Shown: positions 27,807-36,310 of the stretch, in pieces | Position numbering within the stretch: position 1 is the first letter of the stretch | Layout of the letters: each line of letters begins with the position of its first letter | NCBI GenBank assembly: GCA_964414265.1 | Contig: CAYPVT010000001.1 | Coordinates: 1-50,641, forward strand | Origin: an uncultured Candidatus Saccharibacteria bacterium | Lineage (GTDB): Bacteria; Patescibacteriota; Minisyncoccia; Phycocordibacterales; VMEP01 | DNA length: 50,641 nt | Reading direction: 5' to 3' | Made by a program: the position numbers and the translations under genes | Notes under the pieces: model-generated | The model's input: the letters and a program-made list of their open reading frames with translations, nothing else | What the model was told of the DNA's origin: nothing | Databases searched by the model: none

Positions 27807-28799
27807 ATGAAAAACATAGAATCCCTACATAATCATACAAAAATTTCAGACGGCGATTTAAGCCACAAAGAAGTTCTAACTCTCGCCCAAAAACTTGGCT
27901 ACAAAACTTTAGCTTTTACCGACCACGATGTTTTGCCGAGCGACAAAACACTTACCTTTCTAAAAAAATACAAAGGTCCTGTGAATGTGGTTATGGGAAT
28001 TGAAATTTCTGCAAAGCACCCCAAAGAGGCTCTCCGTGGAAACGGCACACTACACGTAATAGGTTTATTTGTTGACCCTCGAAATAAAAAACTTCGCGCG
28101 TTCACGGAAAAAATAGCACGATTGAGAATTACCCGCATGAAAAAGACGGTTTTAAATCTTCAGAAATACGGTCTTTCTATAACAGCCGAGGAGTGTCTTC
28201 GTAAGGCTGGCGAAGGAACAGTTGGCAAACCACATATCGTTTCTGTTCTTCTTTCGAAAAAGAAGAATCTTCTTATTTTCAAGAAATCTATAGAAGAAAT
28301 GAAAGAGGCTTCAAAAACAAACGAAAAAATTAAAAAAGAATATGAACTAATGATGAACGTTGGTGAATATCAATACCCTTATAGTCTTTTTCTTGGGCAT
28401 CACGCCTTTAAACCGTGCTCTGTTGAAATAGACGACCGACCAGACTTAGACGAAGCGGTTAAACTTATTCGAAACGCTGGAGGGCTTGCTTTTATCGCCC
28501 ACTATTTCACCACCGCAAAAGAGATTCCGCTAAAACTAGTAGAAAAACTTTTAAAACAAAAGCGTATTGATGGTCTTGAGACAACTTACGGGCTAGGTTT
28601 TAAGGGTAAATTTAAGAAGGAAATAAAAAAAGAACAAGAAATACTAAAAGGATTGATAAAAAAATACAAAGCACTTGAAAGTGGTGGTGGTGACTCACAC
28701 ACAAAAAAAGATTATGAATTCTATGCTTCTAAAAAATCTAATTATGAAAACGTGCAAGGAAAAGTAGCTTTGATTTCTGAACGATTAAACCTTAAGTAA
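27807..28799 (+). CDS. PHP-domain (polymerase/histidinol-phosphatase family) metal-dependent phosphoesterase
   Basis: LHNHTKISDG, AFTDHD, IAHYF and GGDSH metal-ligand motifs spaced as in a PHP domain. Confidence 0.8.
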   Translation: MKNIESLHNHTKISDGDLSHKEVLTLAQKLGYKTLAFTDHDVLPSDKTLTFLKKYKGPVNVVMGIEISAKHPKEALRGNGTLHVIGLFVDPRNKKLRAFTEKIARLRITRMKKTVLNLQKYGLSITAEECLRKAGEGTVGKPHIVSVLLSKKKNLLIFKKSIEEMKEASKTNEKIKKEYELMMNVGEYQYPYSLFLGHHAFKPCSVEIDDRPDLDEAVKLIRNAGGLAFIAHYFTTAKEIPLKLVEKLLKQKRIDGLETTYGLGFKGKFKKEIKKEQEILKGLIKKYKALESGGGDSHTKKDYEFYASKKSNYENVQGKVALISERLNLK

Positions 28800-28848
28800 C
28801 AAAAAAAGATCAACATTTGATAATCTTTTTCCCTGTATTCAAATCCCC

Positions 28849-28938
28849 AAAATACCCCCAAAGAACATTGCGGAGCACGACGGTGCGAGCATAGTAAATT
28901 TTTAGCAAAAAATTATACGTGTTCTTTGGGGGTATTTT
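28849..28938 (+). repeat. 3H structured element, stand-alone copy inside a perfect 18-bp stem
   Basis: AAAATACCCCCAAAGAAC-AT-TGC-GGA-[GCAC GACG GTGC]-GA-GCA-[TAGTAAATTTTT AGC AAAAAATTATA]-CGT-GTTCTTTGGGGGTATTTT. Lies between convergent genes. Confidence 0.8.
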
Positions 28939-28960
28939 AAAAAACTTTCTGAAGAAAAAA

Positions 28961-30895
28961 CTAACTAACTATATCAATTCCCTCTCCCTTCTTTGGCATT
29001 ATGCCGTTGGCAACAAGGATTTTTTCAAACTCTTCTCGCTCAATCGTTTCAACTGAAATAAGTTCTTTGGCAATAGCATCAAGTATTTTTCTATGCGTTT
29101 TTATTTCCGCCTGCGCTTTTTTCATTGAGTCGTTCATTATCTTTGAAACCTCTTCATCAATTTTTGCAGAAACAACTTCGGAATAACCATGATCCGAAAC
29201 ACCCGTTCCAAATAAAACACGCCCACCAGAACCTTCAAGCGCGACTGGTCCCATCTTTTCAGACATTCCATATTTAGTGACCATGTCTCTTGCAAGCGCG
29301 GTTGCTACCTGAAGATCGTTTGATGGTCCTGTTGTTAAGTCACCAAAAACTGTTTCCTCTGCAACGTATCCCCCAAGAGAAACAACAATATCATCCAAAA
29401 ATTCTTTCTTTGATTGTAATTTTCTTTCTTCAATTGGAAGTTTTAATGTGTATCCACCTGCGCGACCCCGAGCGACGATTGAAACTTTGTGCACTGGGTC
29501 GGCATAAGGTAAGACAGATGCAAGTAGCGCATGCCCTGCTTCGTGGTAAGCGGTAATTTCTTTTTCTTTAATAGAAAGAAGGTGGCTCTTTCTTTCTGGA
29601 CCCATCATCACTTTTTCAATTGAACGGATAAGGTCGTATTGAGAAACCTTCTTTCTTATTTCACGCGCTGCCAAAATTGCGCCTTCGTTCATAAGTGAGA
29701 ACAAATCAGCGCCAGAAAAACCAGGGGTGCGTTCAGCAATCACACGGAGATTAACATCTTCGGTTAACGGCTTTTTCAAGCTGTGAATTTTCAAAATCTC
29801 TTCACGTTCGTCGCGGTCTGGTAAATCAAGAATTACTCGACGATCAAAACGTCCCGGGCGAAGCAAAGCTGGGTCTAAAACATCAGGTCTGTTGGTTGCT
29901 GCCATCACGATAACCTTCTCGGTTGGCTCAAAACCATCCATCTCAACTAGAATTTGATTCAATGTTTGCTCGCGTTCATCATTACCCCCGCCAACACCTG
30001 TTCCACGCACACGACCAACAGCGTCAATTTCATCAACGAAAACAATTGATGGAGCTGCTTTCTTTGCCATCATAAATAAGTCGCGTACACGAGAAGCGCC
30101 AACGCCAACAAACATTTCCACGAACTCAGAACCAGATAGATAGAAGAATGGCACGGCAGCTTCCCCTGCTACCGCTCTTGCGAGCAATGTTTTTCCTGTC
30201 CCGGGAGCACCCATCAAAAGAACGCCCTTTGGAATACGCGCGCCAATGTCTAAGAATTTTTTAGGATTTTTCAAAAAGTCGACAATTTCACGCAATTCTT
30301 CTTTTGCTTCTTTCACTCCAGCGACATCTTTAAACGTTACTTTCTGATTTAAATCTAGCGGATCAATAACACGGGCTTTAGATTGTCCGAAAGTAAATGC
30401 TTGCATACCAGCGCCTTTAACTTGTCGGGATAAGAACCAAAAGAAAAAGACAATGAAAAGAACGGGTATAAGAAAAGGCAAAATGTTGAGCAACCAAAAT
30501 GAAACGCCACGGTCATCTGAAATAGATACTTCAACTTTAGATAATTTTTCAGAAGTAACACCGTAGCGCGAAAGTGTTTCAGAAACTGCCAATTCTTTTT
30601 CCTTCTTTGAAGTACGCTCTGTGTCATCAGTAAGTGTGATTTTCAATTCCTCACCAACAACCGAAATCTTTTTTACTTTTCCATCTTGAACTAATTGAGC
30701 AGCCTCCGAGACTGGAATATTTGCTGGTTTTTTAGCGCGCTCGGAAATATATGAGTAGAGAGAAGTTAAAAGTAGAAAAATTAAAAGAGCTGTAGCAATA
30801 TTGCTGACCAATTGAATGGTGGTCATTTTTTTCAATTCTTTTTTGTTCCCCTTTTCGTCTTTTCCGCCCTTCATTTTTGGCATTTTTATTTCCAT
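28961..30895 (-). CDS. ftsH: ATP-dependent zinc metalloprotease FtsH
   Basis: TM helices, AAA+ Walker A GAPGTGKT, Walker [12 protein letters not shown], zinc site HEAGH. The start is uncertain (GTG 30913, ATG 30895/30883/30874). Confidence 0.95.
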   Translation of the reverse strand: MEIKMPKMKGGKDEKGNKKELKKMTTIQLVSNIATALLIFLLLTSLYSYISERAKKPANIPVSEAAQLVQDGKVKKISVVGEELKITLTDDTERTSKKEKELAVSETLSRYGVTSEKLSKVEVSISDDRGVSFWLLNILPFLIPVLFIVFFFWFLSRQVKGAGMQAFTFGQSKARVIDPLDLNQKVTFKDVAGVKEAKEELREIVDFLKNPKKFLDIGARIPKGVLLMGAPGTGKTLLARAVAGEAAVPFFYLSGSEFVEMFVGVGASRVRDLFMMAKKAAPSIVFVDEIDAVGRVRGTGVGGGNDEREQTLNQILVEMDGFEPTEKVIVMAATNRPDVLDPALLRPGRFDRRVILDLPDRDEREEILKIHSLKKPLTEDVNLRVIAERTPGFSGADLFSLMNEGAILAAREIRKKVSQYDLIRSIEKVMMGPERKSHLLSIKEKEITAYHEAGHALLASVLPYADPVHKVSIVARGRAGGYTLKLPIEERKLQSKKEFLDDIVVSLGGYVAEETVFGDLTTGPSNDLQVATALARDMVTKYGMSEKMGPVALEGSGGRVLFGTGVSDHGYSEVVSAKIDEEVSKIMNDSMKKAQAEIKTHRKILDAIAKELISVETIEREEFEKILVANGIMPKKGEGIDIVS

Positions 30896-30941
30896 AGTTT
30901 CGACATTATACACCAGTTTTAAATAGTGTTGAATCGTTTAA

Positions 30942-31033
30942 GCATACACCCCTAAAATACACGCGTAAAATTCTGCTGAATTTTCGCTCTGCTCGATTCG
31001 TCAATCTGCGCAAGGTATTTTAGGGGTGTATGC
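30942..31033 (-). repeat. 3H structured element, stand-alone copy inside a perfect 19-bp stem
   Basis: Sense read GCATACACCCCTAAAATAC-CT-TGC-GCA-[GATT GACG AATC]-GA-GCA-[hairpin with CAGCAG loop]-GTATTTTAGGGGTGTATGC. Confidence 0.78.
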
Positions 31034-31039
31034 GGGAAG

Positions 31040-31175
31040 TAAAATACCCAGAAACGCACACAAAACTTCCCGTCTGCCGACAAGCAGGTCAGCCTCCGTC
31101 TCTCAATTACTTCGTTTATCGCAATTAAGCGTCGCGCTGTGCAAGGTCTTTCAAGCGTACCTCGTGGATTTTAGA
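31040..31175 (-). repeat. Degenerate 3H-related array
   Basis: Sense read contains GCTTGAAAGACCTTGCACAGC, the recurrent module CTTAATTGCGATAAACGAAGTAATTGAGAGACGGAGGC (also at 23866 and 33470) and a hairpin CTGCTTGTCGGCAG. Confidence 0.5.
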
Positions 31176-31221
31176 CCCAAAAACTAATTTTCTTTACTTT
31201 GATTTTTCTTAAAAATCTAGA

Positions 31222-31359
31222 CTTTTCCATTAAAAAACATTACCTGCCCGCGTGTACCTGTCTGCGTGTACGCACAGGCAGACGCGCAGGCGGGCGGAGC
31301 GCGACGGCGCGAGTATAGAAAAATTCAGCAGAATTTTATCGTGTTTTTTAATGGAAAAG
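31222..31359 (+). repeat. 3H structured element, stand-alone copy inside a perfect 18-bp stem, with a GC-rich insertion
   Basis: CTTTTCCATTAAAAAACA...[GC-rich palindrome 31245-31298]...GGC-GGA-[GCGC GACG GCGC]-GA-GT-[ATAGAAAAATT CAGCAG AATTTTAT]-CG-TGTTTTTTAATGGAAAAG. Confidence 0.75.
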
Positions 31360-31391
31360 TAAAAACTAATAACTCATGTTAAAATTGCCCC

Positions 31392-31838
31392 ATGTCTTCT
31401 TTCATAGAAAACAAAAAAGCCAGATTTAACTACGAAATCACAGAAACGCTAGAAGCTGGTATTGAGCTTTTAGGTCCTGAGGTTAAATCTATTAAAGGAG
31501 GTATGGGTTCCCTTGAAGGAGCTTATGCTGTCGTCCGTGGTGGCGAGGTGTTTTTGCTTGGCTCAAATATACCGCCATACCAAGCCGGAAATATGCCAAA
31601 AGGTTATGATCCCCTCCGCACCAGAAAACTCCTTCTCACCAAGAAAGAAATCATTGAACTTTCCCAAATGGAGCAAGAAAAGAAGTTGACAATAGTGCCA
31701 CTTTCGATGTATAATAAAGGTGGAAAAGTGAAGGTGTCGCTCGGAGTTGCTCGCGGTAAGAAGAAATTCGATAAACGCGAAACAATAAAAAAACGAGACG
31801 ACATGCGTGAAATAAGGAGAACTTTGAAAAACATGTAG
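31392..31838 (+). CDS. smpB: SsrA-binding protein SmpB
   Basis: 148 aa. NKKARFNYEI, GIELLGPEVKS, RTRKLLLTKKEI are canonical SmpB segments. The tmRNA gene lies downstream. Confidence 0.95.
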   Translation: MSSFIENKKARFNYEITETLEAGIELLGPEVKSIKGGMGSLEGAYAVVRGGEVFLLGSNIPPYQAGNMPKGYDPLRTRKLLLTKKEIIELSQMEQEKKLTIVPLSMYNKGGKVKVSLGVARGKKKFDKRETIKKRDDMREIRRTLKNM

Positions 31839-31839
31839 T

Positions 31840-32109
31840 ATGCCCTATTTTGTTTATATTCTACTCAGTTTAAAAGACGAGAAACTATATGTAGGATGTA
31901 CAGAAAATCTTGAACGTAGAATCAAAGACCACAATCAAGGCAAAGTTATCGCAACTGTAAAACGCCGACCACTTGAAATTATTTATTCTGAAAAATTAGA
32001 CGATAAAAGTGAAGCGTTCAACAGAGAGAGGTTCCTAAAAAGTCTGTGGTCGGTTAGATTCAAACAAAAGATTTTAAAGAAATATAAACAAAATAGGGTG
32101 TGCCATTAA
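31840..32109 (+). CDS. Small GIY-YIG (URI-domain) nuclease family protein
   Basis: 89 aa. YFVYILLSLKDEKLYVGCTENLERRIKDHN matches the GIY...YVG...R...H/N pattern. Wedged between smpB and ssrA. Confidence 0.8.
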   Translation: MPYFVYILLSLKDEKLYVGCTENLERRIKDHNQGKVIATVKRRPLEIIYSEKLDDKSEAFNRERFLKSLWSVRFKQKILKKYKQNRVCH

Positions 32110-32172
32110 ATTGGCTAAACCATTTTCTAAAGAAAATGGTCGCCCGAACATTTTTGCAACAAAAATGTTTTA

Positions 32173-32572
32173 GGGGGATGATTTGCTTAGACAGCTGACC
32201 ATTCTCGCGCGCGCAAGCCAAGCTGTGATGACTTGTTAAACCGTCACAAAACATAAGTGCAAACAAAACTGCACAGGGCTTATCTGTTTCTCCTTATTTT
32301 AAGGCAAACAGCTTCGCCGTCGCTTTCGCTTAATAAAATAAGCTAAGGTCGTTCGTCACATTGCAGTCTGGTAGATGTGAACGGGCGTTATATTTCCGGA
32401 CTAAGCGTATTTCACTTCTCGGGGATACTAACTAAAAAACATAGAGGATAAGTGTGAAAGGATTTTGTTTGCTTTAAACCTTTCGTGCTGAAAACAAAAA
32501 AACAAACTAAGCTTCGTAGACCCGCGCTTGAAAATCATCTGCACGGGGGTTCGAAACCCCCCATCTCCACCA
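32173..32572 (+). ncRNA. ssrA: tmRNA (SsrA), tag ANSFAVAFA
   Basis: 5' GGGGATG pairs with 3' CATCTCC-A-CCA and includes a G3:U70 wobble. T arm is GGGGGTTCGAAACCCCC. The tag ORF GCA AAC AGC TTC GCC GTC GCT TTC GCT TAA TAA lies at 32304-32336. Confidence 0.9.
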
Positions 32573-32583
32573 TTAAAAACATT
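32565..32583 (+). repeat. attL-like 19-bp direct repeat (ssrA 3' end)
   Basis: CTCCACCATTAAAAACATT is repeated exactly at 37904-37922. Confidence 0.85.
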
Positions 32584-32612
32584 AGCGTCCCCAAGGGGCG
32601 CTTTTGTTTTTT
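32584..32612 (+). terminator. Rho-independent terminator after ssrA
   Basis: AGCGTCCCC-AA-GGGGCGCT stem followed by TTTGTTTTTT. Confidence 0.75.
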
Positions 32613-32839
32613 GGTGGAGATGAGCGAGCAAACTGCTTTGCTCGCGTGGGGGAGTTGAAAGTCGGAGCATGTCGCTTGCGACAGCGAGACGGGGTCGAGA
32701 GTACTTAGTGCTCGCAAATTGCAAAGCAATTGAGAACACTTAGTAACTCGTGACCGACGAACCCTGGGGTTTCGAAAGACGGAGGCTGACGAGCCGAGTC
32801 GGGGTCGCGGAAATTTTCAGCAGAAAATTATCTGTGACC
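32612..32839 (+). repeat. Two 3H cores downstream of ssrA (tmRNA-linked copies)
   Basis: TGGTGGAGATG (complement of the tmRNA 3' end), stem AGCGAGCAAACTGCTTTGCTCGCGTG, core 1 at 32660-32755 (GTC-GGA...GA-GAC-GGGG...GTGACC), core 2 at 32778-32839 (GAC-GGA-[GGCT GACG AGCC]-GA-GTC-GGGG...GTGACC). Confidence 0.8.
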
Positions 32840-32903
32840 AACCACCCTTATCGAATTAATTAGCGAAAACTTTTTCAACCAACAAACCTGCTTTTATTTT
32901 TCT

Positions 32904-33263
32904 TTAAAAAGACTTAGTGAAATCCTTCCCTGTTTTACTATCTGTGTAAATAATCACACAATTATCATTCAGAACTGTATCCACGTAGATAATTGGGGTA
33001 TAACGCCACTCTGATACGTTACCCCATTTCTCGTCCTCTGTTTTATAAATATTCAAACAATCTATTTTTCTCTTGGCTATATAGTCTGTGTTTTGTTTCT
33101 CTGTCTCTGCTTGTAATTCTTTAAACTGTTGCTTCTCGATAGATTTTTGTTTACTTATTTGACTAGCATAATAAAAACCACCTAAAATAATACTTGCTAT
33201 TAAAACTGTAGCTGGTAGCGATAAATTATTCAGTTTTTTTATGTTGTTAATTACCCCCTTCAT
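32904..33263 (-). CDS. Small membrane-anchored protein (island paralog 1)
   Basis: Start set at MKGVINNIKKLNNLSLP. The longer ORF runs into 3H repeat DNA. One TM helix. N-terminal 45 aa are homologous to the 34371-34799 product. Confidence 0.65.
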   Translation of the reverse strand: MKGVINNIKKLNNLSLPATVLIASIILGGFYYASQISKQKSIEKQQFKELQAETEKQNTDYIAKRKIDCLNIYKTEDEKWGNVSEWRYTPIIYVDTVLNDNCVIIYTDSKTGKDFTKSF

Positions 33264-33346
33264 ATCCCCCAATCCTACCCCCACCCCGCAAAAATACAAC
33301 CCCCAATCCAAGGGATGCCCTTGGATTTTATTTCTGCATGTCTTGC

Positions 33347-33631
33347 GTGGGGTTTCGAAAAGCGGAGCCATATTTTGTCAGCAGACAAAATGGCGAGCTG
33401 GGGCTGCGACCGAGCCTTGCGACGGCAAAGCGAGAGTTGTAGCCGACACCCCCTATCTTTTCGTGGGGCTTGATTGCGAATACTTGGAGCAATCAAGAGA
33501 CGGAGGGAGTGAAGACGACTGAGTCGTGCCCACAGGGCTTTTCAGCAGAAAAGAACCTGTGGGTTGAAAACCGGAGCGCGACGGCGCGAGGCGGGGTCGC
33601 GCAAAAATTTAGCAAAATTTTATGCGTGACC
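33347..33631 (+). repeat. Composite 3H array inside the island
   Basis: GTGGGGTTTCGAAA-AGC-GGA-[CCATATTTTGT CAGCAG ACAAAATGG]-GA-GCT-GGGG..., then module GCTTGATTGCGAATACTTGGAGCAATCAAGAGACGGAGG, then a second core ACC-GGA-[GCGC GACG GCGC]-GA-GGC-GGGG...GTGACC-AAATCCCCC. Confidence 0.75.
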
Positions 33632-33712
33632 AAATCCCCCAATCCAAGGACATCTCTTGGCTTGGACATGGCAAGGCATAGTTTCGTAGCACAAGTATCC
33701 TAACTATATGAA

Positions 33713-34339
33713 TTATTGATTTTTATATACTACTCGAAATAAATAAACATTATAGAAAAACATGAAATATTCTAAACTACCATTTTTGAATCTTTTGAAG
33801 TATTTAAATTCCTCCTCTCCTGGATTGCCTATTGAGATAAAGCTATTGTCTATTTTCCAAGAATTTGTGTTCTGTTTGTATAAAAAATCTTTTGTATCTA
33901 ATCTTAAATCACGAGACTCAATAACTTTATTATATTCGCTGAAATACAAACCTCTTACAATCTTATCCATAACACGCAACAATCTATCTTTATCTATATT
34001 AGTTCTATAGTTTCCATCTAATAATTCAGTATCATTTACAATTTTTTTAAGTAGATTGTATCTTTCCGGCTGAGTAAGGGACCTAAGACCTCTTTTCTGC
34101 CAGATACGTTCTGCTGTTATATTCCAATTACTTGTGCCCCGTACAAGAGAAATTACATATTGTTCGTCAAACGTGTAATCTGAGTTACATTGGACATGAG
34201 TATTTAGCTTAATTATACCGGGTGGATTCTTTGTCATGAAAAATCCTTTTTGCGGGACATGATCTTCATCAGTTTTTTCAGAGCTTAGTAATTTTTTCCC
34301 ACATAAATAACAAATCTCTCCTTTCTTAAATCTTGTCAT
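33713..34339 (-). CDS. HNH-like nuclease-domain protein with an uncharacterised C-terminal domain
   Basis: 208 aa. The N-terminus CYLCGKK...DEDHVPQK...HVQCN resembles an HNH/zinc-finger core. The remaining 150 aa have no recognised motif. Confidence 0.55.
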   Translation of the reverse strand: MTRFKKGEICYLCGKKLLSSEKTDEDHVPQKGFFMTKNPPGIIKLNTHVQCNSDYTFDEQYVISLVRGTSNWNITAERIWQKRGLRSLTQPERYNLLKKIVNDTELLDGNYRTNIDKDRLLRVMDKIVRGLYFSEYNKVIESRDLRLDTKDFLYKQNTNSWKIDNSFISIGNPGEEEFKYFKRFKNGSLEYFMFFYNVYLFRVVYKNQ

Positions 34340-34370
34340 CTCCTGTTATTTGCCTGTTACTACTTAAAAC

Positions 34371-34799
34371 TTAATTTTTAAGGCAAGTAATATATTTAGA
34401 ATTGTAATTGCTATCATAGTCTGCGGGATGCTTAGGTTCATAACTCATCTCTAGATACGCTATAGACGTTGCTGTGTCCCCTGCCTTTTGTGCCTTTTCG
34501 GAGGCTAATAAATAAGCTCTCTTTGCAATTTTATCAGCATAATCTTTTGCTTCAGTTTTACATAATTCAATTTTTATAGCTGAATTTACCGGTATTGGTT
34601 TTGTTTGGTTTATCTCTGTCTTGGCTTGTATAGCTTCTACTTTTGCTTCTAATTCTATTTGTTGTTGTTTCTCAATAGACCTTTGTTTATTTATTTGGAT
34701 TGCATACAAAAACCCTCCCAAAATAAAACATCCTATTAGAATTGCGACGGGTAGTGATAATTTGTTAAGTTTTTTTATGCTGTTAATTACCTTCTCCAT
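34371..34799 (-). CDS. Small membrane-anchored protein (island paralog 2)
   Basis: MEKVINSIKKLNKLSLPVAILIGCFILGGFLYAIQ...SIEKQQ. Shares its leader and N-terminus with the 32904-33263 product, but the C-terminus differs. Confidence 0.65.
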   Translation of the reverse strand: MEKVINSIKKLNKLSLPVAILIGCFILGGFLYAIQINKQRSIEKQQQIELEAKVEAIQAKTEINQTKPIPVNSAIKIELCKTEAKDYADKIAKRAYLLASEKAQKAGDTATSIAYLEMSYEPKHPADYDSNYNSKYITCLKN

Positions 34800-34919
34800 A
34801 TCCCCCAATCCTACCCCTCCCTAAAATATTTTGCAATTACAAAATATTCGGGCTAGCCCGGGTGTCACCCGAACGCCCTAGGGCGAACATCTCTTTAGTA
34901 GAGATGTTTTAGCCCCACA

Positions 34920-35302
34920 AAAACACAAGCTCCCTTAAAATTACCCAAACACCAAAACCTTATCTGAACTCTCAACCATTTTGAGTAAATCTGGCATCGT
35001 GGAAACTTGGTGCACGCCATTTTCCATACCACGTAATTTAAGACAGGAACCGCACGCATATATTTCTCCCTTTATTTCCTTAAATTCAGTTATTTTTGCC
35101 GAGATATCAAAATCTTTAGTGTCTGAAATAATATCTAACTCCGAACCCTCGCTCATCAAAAAAACTTCCACTTGATGACCTGCTTTTAGCGAAGTAATTC
35201 CGAAACGAAACGTATTCCAAACATGTTCTGGCTTATTTGACTGTAAAATGATTCCAAATTTCATAAATTTTATTGTACTAGGTTTCTTAATGTAACTCCA
35301 CC
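34920..35302. repeat. 383-bp perfect direct repeat, copy 1
   Basis: Identical by eye to 37528-37910 (offset 2608 bp). Contains the whole DsrE-like ORF plus both flanks. Confidence 0.9.
34941..35264 (-). CDS. DsrE/DsrF-like family protein
   Basis: 107 aa. MKFGIIL...VEVFLMSEG...IYACGSCLKLRG resembles the DsrE/YchN fold with a conserved Cys loop. Confidence 0.6.
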   Translation of the reverse strand: MKFGIILQSNKPEHVWNTFRFGITSLKAGHQVEVFLMSEGSELDIISDTKDFDISAKITEFKEIKGEIYACGSCLKLRGMENGVHQVSTMPDLLKMVESSDKVLVFG

Positions 35303-35326
35303 GCTAAAAACACAAGCACTTGAACA

Positions 35327-35749
35327 TTATAAACAGCTAACACCGAATTCAGTAAAAACGTGCTCTTTCCACCATAGAGTTTCTTGCTTAGCAGACCTGT
35401 CAACATGATCTTTGCAATAAACTAACAGAACCCTAACTTCCAATTTTTTGTTACAAACTCCAAGAATACACCTATTCCCACTAGTTTTTGGTGACACATT
35501 AGTTTTCGCAACCTTAAAATCATATTTTACAAGCAACATATCTCTGTTCGAATTACATATAAAATCAAGAACACTCGTGCCACTTAAGTTTGCTATACGC
35601 TCCAAATAATCTTGTATAGATTGTCTAGTTACATCCCAATTAACTTTGTGTTTCTTCTCAAAATCTTTTATGTAGTGTTTCTCTGCATACTCCTCAAAAA
35701 CAACTACATATTTCTGGTTAATAAAGTGTTGCTTCATCTTGCTGAACAA
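35327..35749 (-). CDS. Putative toxin partner of the Panacea-domain antitoxin
   Basis: 140-aa ORF overlapping the end of the upstream DUF4065-like gene by 32 nt. No catalytic motif recognised. Confidence 0.5.
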   Translation of the reverse strand: MFSKMKQHFINQKYVVVFEEYAEKHYIKDFEKKHKVNWDVTRQSIQDYLERIANLSGTSVLDFICNSNRDMLLVKYDFKVAKTNVSPKTSGNRCILGVCNKKLEVRVLLVYCKDHVDRSAKQETLWWKEHVFTEFGVSCL

Positions 35750-36218
35750 TCAAACTATAAGGAATTACGTCGTTTTCAAATGAAACCTTCCATGGGAACT
35801 GTTCATGTGTAAATTTAACTATATCTTCAGTCTTCTTATTCTTCCATTTAGTACAGATATCTTGAACCAATTCAAGCTCGTCTTTTTTTAGAACAGGGTC
35901 CTTGATATTCTCTGTTAAATAAAACAATTCTGCTTTATTGCTTTTTTCAAGTTGAACTTGATTAGTACCAACAAGGTCAATCAATTGATCAAAAAAATCA
36001 ATTGAAACAGGACCTCTTTCAAGTTTCTTATAGGTTACACCAGTAATAGGAGCAAAGTTGTGATAAAAATATACAAAATCAGACAAATAAACCAGCTTTG
36101 CTAGTTTAGTTTTAGTGATTTTCCCATCCCTATCTGCACCATGCAATATACAGGCCTTTATTAATTCACCCAACCTCTCTTGTGGAGTCAGACCTCTTTG
36201 GATCTGTAGTTTACTCAT
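35718..36218 (-). CDS. Panacea-domain (DUF4065, SocA/GepA-like) putative antitoxin
   Basis: 166 aa. ITKTKLAKLVYLSDFVYFYHNFAPITGVTYKKLERGPV matches my recollection of the DUF4065 N-terminal signature (KL.KLlYl.D...). Confidence 0.6.
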   Translation of the reverse strand: MSKLQIQRGLTPQERLGELIKACILHGADRDGKITKTKLAKLVYLSDFVYFYHNFAPITGVTYKKLERGPVSIDFFDQLIDLVGTNQVQLEKSNKAELFYLTENIKDPVLKKDELELVQDICTKWKNKKTEDIVKFTHEQFPWKVSFENDVIPYSLIVQQDEATLY

Positions 36219-36310
36219 TGATTCAATACTATCAAATTAACCGCAACGTGCAACACTTTCAATATGTGAATTCCCCCACCCCACAAAAACACAAGCTTCA
36301 TCGTCAAAAA

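Noticed and set aside
32428-32739. 103-aa and 64-aa minus-strand ORFs
   Set aside because: They lie antisense over the tmRNA 3' domain, its terminator and the 3H repeats, so they are not plausible proteins.
32778-32800. Hammerhead-ribozyme-like CUGACGAG in GGAGGCTGACGAGCCGAGTC
   Set aside because: No GAAA or cleavage-site helix III partner is present. Other copies replace the string with GCGACGGCGCGAG or long hairpins, so the resemblance comes by chance from the GACG tetraloop.
33264-33371. Longer 155-aa form of the 32904 ORF
   Set aside because: The N-terminal extension runs through the shared leader motif and into a 3H repeat. The paralog at 34371 starts at the equivalent internal Met.
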